The notes beneath the pieces are model-generated. The model searched no databases. It was not told the DNA's origin and saw only the letters and a list, made by a program, of their open reading frames with translations. Below are positions 8,814-15,889 of a DNA stretch of 25,315 nucleotides, piece by piece. The stretch's first letter is position 1. Every line of letters starts with the position of its first letter. This DNA is from a virus (lineage: Duplodnaviria > Caudoviricetes): IMG/VR virus record IMGVR_UViG_3300020045_015213, positions 1 through 25,315 of that record; one strand, given 5' to 3'. The position numbers and the translations under genes were made by a program.

Positions 8814-9254
8814 TTATAATACGCAATCATTGTAATCTGATGTAGTTTGGCCCATAATAACGACAGCATTTGTCTGCCCATCGATAATGTCATATTCCGA
8901 GGCATTGTTAAACACCACGTTGACGGTGTAAATAAGCGAAGTCAGGACCTTGTCGGTTTCAACAGGTAAAGTGTCCGTATTCCATTGGGCTTTTGACGTC
9001 GTGAAAGTCATCGACACAGAGCAGGTAAAAGGACTCATTCCTGCAATAATATATCCCGTAATCGTCCCAATCGATGCGCCTCCTCCCATTATTGTCCTTC
9101 CCGCCAACATTGCGGTAAAATCAATATATCCAGTTGTTGACATTTTTATGTTTCCATCATTTGAAGCAGTCCAGTTTACGCAATAGGAGCCGGGTTCCGG
9201 TTCTATTGAAGTTTCATTCCTTAACATGTAAATCATTTTCTTGAATGGATGCAT
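8814..9254 (-). CDS. Hypothetical structural protein (beta-rich)
   Basis: 146 aa, T/G/S-rich, tightly packed after the collagen-repeat gene. Confidence 0.6.
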   Translation of the reverse strand: MHPFKKMIYMLRNETSIEPEPGSYCVNWTASNDGNIKMSTTGYIDFTAMLAGRTIMGGGASIGTITGYIIAGMSPFTCSVSMTFTTSKAQWNTDTLPVETDKVLTSLIYTVNVVFNNASEYDIIDGQTNAVVIMGQTTSDYNDCVL

Positions 9255-9257
9255 AAC

Positions 9258-10094
9258 TTATATTTTAGTGTTTCCCAACAATGTATATGTCTGTGAGGCG
9301 TTATCCCTTTCCAGAAAAGCGGGGTCGTGCTGTGCTTTTATTCTGTAGCCAACGGTGTTTTCTAATGTCGCGGTTCCACTACCGACGAAAGAAACTTCGC
9401 CTACGCCTTTGCGAATGAATCCACAACAAAACTTGGCAATGCTCAACGTGTCTGGAACAGTTACCACAATGTCCGAAGCATTTTTTAATTGAATGATGTA
9501 GTTGTTGTCGGAATCTGCCACCGAAAAACTGGCACTCATATCTCTTTGCAAATTGTTCGAAGCGTCTATTCCGTTTGTACCTGGAATGCCTTGCGGTCCT
9601 TGTATTCCTTGTACGCCCTGAATTCCTTGCGGTCCTGTAGCTCCATCGCTTCCGTCTAATCCATTTGCGCCGGAAGGTCCCTGAATTCCTTGCGGCCCTT
9701 GTGGCCCCACGGAAGTAGGCAATACGATAAAATCCGTAGTCAGTACTTCCGGCAGGTCGATACCTACAGTTTGGTTTTGTAGTTTTAATATTGATTTTGC
9801 TCCGTTTAGATTGACTACCACTACATGATATTGGTCAACAACAAACACTGGATCCAGATTGTTCAGCACATCGGCATAGGTTGAATATGCTCCCCCTGAA
9901 TAAGTGATTTCTGTGAAACGCAAAGAGCCTCCTGTCAACGGAGAAAGTCCGCTTAAAAAATACTGCCTTAATTTACCCAAAAGGAAATTCTTCGTTTTTT
10001 TTGCCAAGGTGTTGCCGTCAGTGCCAATAATGGAATCCAGATCCGAAATATAGGTGTCTATTATGTAAACGTCCTGATTGCTTATTTTTGTCAT
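9258..10094 (-). CDS. Collagen-repeat fibre protein
   Basis: 278 aa; 16 consecutive Gly-X-Y triplets (aa 130-177); shared N-terminal D..IGTD...KTKNF motif; globular C-terminal domain. Confidence 0.8.
   Translation of the reverse strand: MTKISNQDVYIIDTYISDLDSIIGTDGNTLAKKTKNFLLGKLRQYFLSGLSPLTGGSLRFTEITYSGGAYSTYADVLNNLDPVFVVDQYHVVVVNLNGAKSILKLQNQTVGIDLPEVLTTDFIVLPTSVGPQGPQGIQGPSGANGLDGSDGATGPQGIQGVQGIQGPQGIPGTNGIDASNNLQRDMSASFSVADSDNNYIIQLKNASDIVVTVPDTLSIAKFCCGFIRKGVGEVSFVGSGTATLENTVGYRIKAQHDPAFLERDNASQTYTLLGNTKI
9564..9707 (-). repeat. Collagen-like (Gly-X-Y)16 coding repeat
   Basis: [48 protein letters not shown]; CCCTGAATTCCTTGCGG occurs twice at DNA level. Confidence 0.9.
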
Positions 10095-10100
10095 TGTTTC

Positions 10101-10343
10101 TTATTTTAGATTTTCTATTTTTACGTTGTTGTCGTCAAGAATTTCGGCTATGGCTTCAAATACCATATCTAAAGTATCTCCGGATTTAAGGTCTATTTCT
10201 TCAACTGCAAATCTCATTTTCTTTTTAAGGTTGTACGAAATCTCGAATAACGCGTCAAACATTCCTTCCGCATTATTGAAGAGATTGTAGTCCCTTAAAT
10301 CCCTGTCTTTTTCTAAATCAAATACTATCGTCGCTTTTGCCAT
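10101..10343 (-). CDS. Hypothetical protein
   Basis: 80-aa acidic ORF with ATG after an A-rich leader, co-oriented with neighbours. Confidence 0.7.
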   Translation of the reverse strand: MAKATIVFDLEKDRDLRDYNLFNNAEGMFDALFEISYNLKKKMRFAVEEIDLKSGDTLDMVFEAIAEILDDNNVKIENLK

Positions 10344-10454
10344 AATTTCTGTTTGTTATTATATGCTTTTGCTCCTGTTTTGTGTATTATAATACCCATT
10401 ATATGGTATTGCGTATAATGGTAATAATTCGTTTTATTACGCTTTTGCGTAATA

Positions 10455-11684
10455 TTACATTTTCTTGAAAATGTAATTATTGATCCCTTTTTGGTTTTCG
10501 TAATAATTGAAATGCGTAAAGCAACTTAACGTGTTTTTGAAATTAGTTTTAACCCAGTCTGACGGTGGACTAAATGCTCCAAAATTTTGGTATTCAAAGG
10601 CCGTGCTGCTCGTGAAATCAAACATCAATTGGTGCGAATCTCCTTTGCTGAATTCTATTTGGTATTGATATAATTTGTATTCGTCAATATAATTTTTTAT
10701 TTTTTCTATCTGTGGAGAATCCAATATCGGTTTAAACCCAAATTTTAAACTCTTGTCATCTTTCCCGTGGGTCAATATGAAACAACGGTTTTTAACTATG
10801 TAATGGTCGATGAACTTTCGTTGGTTGACAACTTCTATGCTGTTTGGGTATTTAAGCTCTATGTAGGCTTTAAATGCCGAATTCACTATATATCCAAAAC
10901 TTCCTGCGTGGTTGTCGTTGCAAATATTCACGAATTGTATTTTGTCAAAACTTGAAATCAAATTGTCCACCAAGGCTATCTTGAATTTCAATCCTATGTC
11001 AAACATTTCCTGATTATCCATATTTTGAGGAAGTTTGTGACCACCTCTTGTAGTTTCGCCATCCCAGCCGTCAAGGTAATCTCCCAAATCCTGTATTATC
11101 AATAAATCTGACTTTTTGTTGTCAATCGTATGCTGAACTAATTCTTTTAACCTTTCAAATAAAATATTCTCGTTCCATTCACCGTCATACAAGGAATATC
11201 CGTCTTTGTTTACATCCATACCGATATGAATATCGGTTATCACTAATCGGTCAAATAAGGCTGTAGGCTTAAAGTTTTCAATTGGATTTAAGCATAAAGG
11301 CTGAATTTTATCTTTGAATATCGACAAAAAGTCGATTTCCTTAACGATTTTATCTTCCTCAACTGGAGCCACATAATTTGGATTCACAATAAATCCACTT
11401 ACTCCGCTTCCGTCTTTGTTTTTGGTTTTGATCCAAAGGTTTTTAGCCGAAGTAAAATCTACTTTTATATCCTCACAAGCCTCATAAATTCCTTCATTTC
11501 TATCTAAAATCCTTGTTTTATTCCTTCGTATGTATTTTGACAAAGCCTGTCTTTCAAAACAATCCATTTCCAATTCCAACTTGTTCACTACATCTATCGG
11601 CTCAATATCTTCATTCTCTTTCAGTATTTTTTTAATCTCATTATCGAATTTATTCCAAGTACTTCCCGTGTGTTGGTTTGACAT
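10455..11684 (-). CDS. Calcineurin-like metallophosphoesterase (Mre11/SbcD-like fold) with N-terminal extension
   Basis: Five motifs in order: TDIHIG, DLGDYLDG, NDNH, THG, GDSHQ. Confidence 0.85.
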   Translation of the reverse strand: MSNQHTGSTWNKFDNEIKKILKENEDIEPIDVVNKLELEMDCFERQALSKYIRRNKTRILDRNEGIYEACEDIKVDFTSAKNLWIKTKNKDGSGVSGFIVNPNYVAPVEEDKIVKEIDFLSIFKDKIQPLCLNPIENFKPTALFDRLVITDIHIGMDVNKDGYSLYDGEWNENILFERLKELVQHTIDNKKSDLLIIQDLGDYLDGWDGETTRGGHKLPQNMDNQEMFDIGLKFKIALVDNLISSFDKIQFVNICNDNHAGSFGYIVNSAFKAYIELKYPNSIEVVNQRKFIDHYIVKNRCFILTHGKDDKSLKFGFKPILDSPQIEKIKNYIDEYKLYQYQIEFSKGDSHQLMFDFTSSTAFEYQNFGAFSPPSDWVKTNFKNTLSCFTHFNYYENQKGINNYIFKKM

Positions 11685-11706
11685 TTTTGATTTGATTTGA
11701 TTTATA

Positions 11707-12387
11707 CTACTGCGTAATCAATAAGTAACCTGCTCCTGTGAGTATTGCTCCCGAAACTACCTTCCAAAAAGTCTTATTTCTTTTCTCTTTTCGCAAGGAT
11801 TTTTCAGTATTTTCTATAATTTTATCTTGGGCGAAAACCGCTTTATGTAGGTCGGTATTCGCATTAGTAAGATTTCCTATAATCGTATCTTTAACTATTC
11901 CTTTTTTTTCTTCCAGTTGCAGTTGTACTTTAAACAATTTCACCTCGGCAAAACAACCGTCCTTTTCAATTAATTCAACAATATTCTTTTTGGCGATGGT
12001 GTCGGGCAGAGAAACTCCGTATTGTGTGATTGTGACCGGTAATTTGTAGCGTTCCTGATAGTAATTTGCGATTTGCTTGGTATTTAGCGCGGGGACTTTT
12101 TTAACGTCGGATTTCGTCTTGTTTTGGATGTAGACGATTTCTGTTTTTACCTTTTGCTTTTGAGTTTCAAGTAAGGTGATTTTATCGTTCAAGGCGTTGT
12201 TCTTGGCCACGTATTTATCGGCACTTGCCACAAGTTCTTTGACTTCTTTTTTTAACGAGGAAATAACCCCGTCTTTTTCATCCGAAACCCCGAAAGAAAG
12301 ATAAAGCATAACAAGCAATACCACGTTAAGCAGGTAACTCCAGTTCTCGTAGAACAATGATTTTATTATGTCTTTGTCGAATTTCAT
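11707..12387 (-). CDS. Spanin-like membrane protein
   Basis: Follows the endolysin; hydrophobic helices at both ends (YLLNVVLLVMLYLSF; VVSGAILTGAGYLLI) joined by coiled coils. Confidence 0.55.
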   Translation of the reverse strand: MKFDKDIIKSLFYENWSYLLNVVLLVMLYLSFGVSDEKDGVISSLKKEVKELVASADKYVAKNNALNDKITLLETQKQKVKTEIVYIQNKTKSDVKKVPALNTKQIANYYQERYKLPVTITQYGVSLPDTIAKKNIVELIEKDGCFAEVKLFKVQLQLEEKKGIVKDTIIGNLTNANTDLHKAVFAQDKIIENTEKSLRKEKRNKTFWKVVSGAILTGAGYLLITQ

Positions 12388-12391
12388 TTGA

Positions 12392-12985
12392 TTAGATTTT
12401 AAGGATTTGTTTCCATTTATCTACACATTCTTTTCTGTGTTTATATCCATTGGCATCGCCAATTGTTTTTGTCCGGCGTCCCATATTCACTATATCGGAA
12501 AGGGCATCTAAGTTATCGGTATCTGCGTATTGGTTTAGGTTATTATTTTTCCAATACTCTAAAGCTGAAATCAATGAATTTGCTTCGGTAAGTATTAAAT
12601 CAGGGTTAATGGTAAATGGAATCCGAGTATTTCTTTCTAATTTTAAATAACCATTATAAAATGTAGTTTGAAAATCTCCTCCGCCACGATATTTAAAACC
12701 GTCGCCACTTGCTTCGTTTCCATTTCCTTCACGATTGGCATAAACATAATTGGCGCATTTCTCCGAGTTTCTTAAATATTGTGAAACAAAAGCATCTGTT
12801 TTATTTAGAAATGGAGTTTTGAACGTTTTTCTCAACGAATCGATGGTTTTGTAATAACAACTTTCTCTTGTTGGTTTTCCTACTCCATTTTCCGCTTCCC
12901 TGGTTCCCATAAAATAAGCAATACGCAACGGCTCGTTTACCTGATAGGAATTAAATAGCGTTTTATATTTTTCGTTTAGATTCAT
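12392..12985 (-). CDS. Endolysin, glycoside hydrolase family 19-like
   Basis: RIAYFMGTREAENG (catalytic Glu region), ANYVYANREGNGNEASGDGFKYRG, QTT...Y, NPDL, SALEYW, NG...R follow the phage GH19 pattern. Confidence 0.88.
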   Translation of the reverse strand: MNLNEKYKTLFNSYQVNEPLRIAYFMGTREAENGVGKPTRESCYYKTIDSLRKTFKTPFLNKTDAFVSQYLRNSEKCANYVYANREGNGNEASGDGFKYRGGGDFQTTFYNGYLKLERNTRIPFTINPDLILTEANSLISALEYWKNNNLNQYADTDNLDALSDIVNMGRRTKTIGDANGYKHRKECVDKWKQILKI

Positions 12986-12986
12986 C

Positions 12987-13280
12987 TTACTTGAATACTA
13001 TGGCAATAACAGCCGTTATAATCCCTGAACCAATTACCACTAAAAGCCAATTGATTAACTTGATGTAAATGGCGTTTTTTATCTTGTCCTCGATAAGTAA
13101 TTTCATTTGTGCTTCTTGAACGTCTTGTTTTGTCGCCAAAACATCAATCCTACCAGTCAATCCCTTATCGCCGGACAAATGATTCCCAAGCAATGCTGAT
13201 TTAATTTCTGTTACGTCAGCCTGTATTAATTCAACACTTTTTTCCATTTTCTCGAATCGGGTTTTTTCGTCAAGGTTCAT
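12987..13280 (-). CDS. Holin/XhlA-like membrane protein (coiled coil + C-terminal TM helix)
   Basis: 97 aa immediately upstream of the endolysin; C-terminal WLLVVIGSGIITAVIAIVF. Confidence 0.55.
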   Translation of the reverse strand: MNLDEKTRFEKMEKSVELIQADVTEIKSALLGNHLSGDKGLTGRIDVLATKQDVQEAQMKLLIEDKIKNAIYIKLINWLLVVIGSGIITAVIAIVFK

Positions 13281-13298
13281 TTTGTTTTCCTTTAAATA

Positions 13299-13523
13299 TT
13301 ATACTTCTTTACTTTTCTTGCCAATAAATTCTTGTAACTTGTTTATCAGGAAATCAGGCGAGAATATCAACAAAATCCCCACAGCCAATAAAATTGACAT
13401 TATCACATAATCTGGAGCCACTCCATTAATTAACGATAACCCCACATAAGCCAATCCCGACACAAAAAGAATAATTCCTATCAGCGTCGATTTCCATCCT
13501 TTGTAAATGTTTTTTATGCTCAT
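13299..13523 (-). CDS. Probable holin (two TM helices)
   Basis: 74 aa; WKSTLIGIILF start, two hydrophobic segments, basic C-terminus; first gene of the lysis cassette. Confidence 0.7.
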   Translation of the reverse strand: MSIKNIYKGWKSTLIGIILFVSGLAYVGLSLINGVAPDYVIMSILLAVGILLIFSPDFLINKLQEFIGKKSKEV

Positions 13524-13543
13524 AATTAGTGTTTTTATGTTTT

Positions 13544-13599
13544 AAAGGCGGCCTCGTTCTCTCCAACCAGCATCTAATAATTATGCACCCGCCTTTTTT
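13544..13599. terminator. Large-loop stem (terminator/attenuator-like)
   Basis: AAAGGCGG (13544-13551) pairs with CCGCCTTT (13588-13595); T tract on the + side; internal GCAT/ATGC hairpin. Confidence 0.45.
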
Positions 13600-13600
13600 G

Positions 13601-13654
13601 TTAATTTCCTCTATCGTGTAAAAGAATTGCTTTTGTTTTTGATATTGCTTTCAT
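13601..13654 (-). CDS. Possible 17-aa mini-ORF MKAISKTKAILLHDRGN
   Basis: ATG 3 nt after the upstream stop (TAAAATATG), the same junction sequence used before the HD-domain gene at 22680. Confidence 0.3.
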   Translation of the reverse strand: MKAISKTKAILLHDRGN

Positions 13655-13657
13655 ATT

Positions 13658-15340
13658 TTACCAAGTTTTTCGCCCTAAAGCTGTTTCAAATGTGTCTATA
13701 ATTGTGTGTAATATTACTACTTCCGCATCGCTTAATCCTTCGTGAAAAGCTACAAACTGTATTCTTTGATTAGAGAAGTTGCCAGCCACACCACCTGGAT
13801 TATTCAACGCTCCTATGTAAAAAGCTGTATTTGATAAAGTACCTCCGCCCGTACTTGTTGCTAATAACGAACCATTCTTTAATAGTTTATGGACATTTGA
13901 CGCTGTTTTACTTCCTGTTATAATTCCTTTTGCGTCATTTACCCCAGTCCTAGACGCATAAGTTGTTGTGTTAAATCCAGCTCTTACAGCATAATTTGAA
14001 TTATTTTCTTTAGCACTAAGTAAACTAGTTTGTGTTGCAGAAACATAGGTTCCTATCTCCCAAACACTTGAAGGAATTAAAGTATTGTTTGTTCCAATCG
14101 TCAATGTTAATCCGTTGCTATTTACGTTTTGATTCACACTAGGGACAAAATAAGTGTTTGCATAAGCATTCGTGCCGTTACATTGATACCCTAAATCGCT
14201 AAATGTACCCCCTCCGTTAAACGTTAATCTAAAAGCAGAGTTTGTGTCAAGCGGATTTTTTCCATTCCATTTCTGTTGTGTCAATGTTGTGCCTAAAAAT
14301 GGATAAAAAGCTTGCATCTTTGAGTAAAGCGAATTATCCTTCAACATTTTAAACAAATCTTGAATAACATATTGATATGCCGTGTTGCTTGATGCCGTAG
14401 TATATGCTGCGGCGTCAGTATCTGCCAATGAATTAGTGGTCGTTATATTTACTATATTTGAAATCAAACTCTTATTGTAAAAAATATCAACCGCATAAAC
14501 TGTGATATTATAATTTGTGTTTTGAATTAAATTTGATATAAATTGCCCGCTTCCAGTAATTTTATTTTTATAAAAACCGTTAGCATAGCATTCATAATAG
14601 TCTATTGCATTCGTGCTGCTTGGTGGCGTGAAATTCAATTGTATTGCGGTGTTGTAAATAGTTCCTGCTGCTAATGTTGTAACGGGATTTGGAACAGTAA
14701 AGTTTGAAACGTATTTAAGAGTATTATATCCACCAACTATTGCTGCTGCTAAATCCCCCTCTACACCTCCAGAATTCGATGTCTGCATTGCTATGGGGGC
14801 ATAAATAGTAAATCCTTTAGCGTCCAAAGCATTTCCAATATTAAGAAACATTCCTCCGTCCGTTCCTTGTGTGCCTCCCCAATCAGTACATCTTGGAGTA
14901 TATAATATAACTCCTTGTGTGTGGTTGTTGTGGAATGAGTAGTTTTCTACTGTTTTTGCAATTGACAAACAATTAGGAAAATACCATTCTATGCATTGAC
15001 CGTTATCATCTATACCGCCAACACTTATTGAGGTTACTAAGCCGTCAAAGTCCCTGAAATATGTTATTGCTGAGTTAGAAGCCCAGCAATTACCCGGCAT
15101 CGAATAACTCCCTGTAATTTTACATTTAATATCAGCACCCACAATCGTAAAATTAGAAATCGCACCAACCGAAATACCTAGTTTGCTTGCCAAAAGTGCC
15201 GCAGAACTCACAGATGCGGAGATGCCTCCTATGTAGGTGTTGTAGGTGACTGGTGGCGTAGAGATGTATGTATTTACTAAATTCACTTTTCTATATTGTT
15301 TATGTACGTTGTGTATCGGATTTATAGCGATTTCTCCCAT
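13658..15340 (-). CDS. Virion fibre/spike-like protein with FN3-like and C-terminal lectin (LamG-like) domains
   Basis: 560 aa, N/T/S/G-rich. PNPVTTLAAG...IQLNFTPP...Y...NLIQNTNYNITVYAVD is a fibronectin-III pattern. The C-terminal beta-sandwich-like region ends FETALGR. Confidence 0.65.
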   Translation of the reverse strand: MGEIAINPIHNVHKQYRKVNLVNTYISTPPVTYNTYIGGISASVSSAALLASKLGISVGAISNFTIVGADIKCKITGSYSMPGNCWASNSAITYFRDFDGLVTSISVGGIDDNGQCIEWYFPNCLSIAKTVENYSFHNNHTQGVILYTPRCTDWGGTQGTDGGMFLNIGNALDAKGFTIYAPIAMQTSNSGGVEGDLAAAIVGGYNTLKYVSNFTVPNPVTTLAAGTIYNTAIQLNFTPPSSTNAIDYYECYANGFYKNKITGSGQFISNLIQNTNYNITVYAVDIFYNKSLISNIVNITTTNSLADTDAAAYTTASSNTAYQYVIQDLFKMLKDNSLYSKMQAFYPFLGTTLTQQKWNGKNPLDTNSAFRLTFNGGGTFSDLGYQCNGTNAYANTYFVPSVNQNVNSNGLTLTIGTNNTLIPSSVWEIGTYVSATQTSLLSAKENNSNYAVRAGFNTTTYASRTGVNDAKGIITGSKTASNVHKLLKNGSLLATSTGGGTLSNTAFYIGALNNPGGVAGNFSNQRIQFVAFHEGLSDAEVVILHTIIDTFETALGRKTW

Positions 15341-15876
15341 CCTGAATCAATGTTAGGTTCTTGTCCCGCATTAACCTGTGCAATCTTGATTGCTGCGTTG
15401 TCTTTGTTTTTGGCAAGATTCACCGTCACTATGGCAAGCTTGTCAATTTGGTCTTGTTCTTCCGCTGTTAATTCCAAACTCTTGGCATCTTTATGTACTG
15501 AATTCAACATAAATGCCATTTGGTCTTTGTGGACAGCCTCACTAAAAACACCGTTGTTGGCTTCTTTTTCGGCATTCTCTATTGAGCGAATGATGTCTTC
15601 GTTAGGTCTTTTTTCAGGGCTATAAGTTATTCTGTATTCACGAATTCCTGGATAACTTGGATGCTCTCCAAAACTTTCCAATCCTGCCAAATCAGGCAAA
15701 TTAGTTGCCATAATAAAAATGCGGGAATCATAAGCAGGTTCTGCATAAGGTATGTTTTTCACCAACCATTCATAGTCGGGATCCATCCCTTGAACTGGCT
15801 GCATATCTGTATTAGGATATACATCTTCCTTGATGATTTGTTTGGTGCTTTTTCTAATCAATACTGCTGGTACCAT
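15322..15876 (-). CDS. Hypothetical protein, possible fibre assembly/partner protein
   Basis: 184 aa from ATG 15876 (A-rich leader); lies between two fibre-like genes and overlaps the next start. Confidence 0.6.
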   Translation of the reverse strand: MVPAVLIRKSTKQIIKEDVYPNTDMQPVQGMDPDYEWLVKNIPYAEPAYDSRIFIMATNLPDLAGLESFGEHPSYPGIREYRITYSPEKRPNEDIIRSIENAEKEANNGVFSEAVHKDQMAFMLNSVHKDAKSLELTAEEQDQIDKLAIVTVNLAKNKDNAAIKIAQVNAGQEPNIDSGWEKSL

Positions 15877-15889
15877 AATTTTTTGTTTT

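Noticed and set aside
2791-10920. Partial matches to the 14-bp element (near 2791, 9501, 10125, 10911)
   Set aside because: All inside CDSs, explained by Asp/Asn codon runs on the minus strand, and incomplete.
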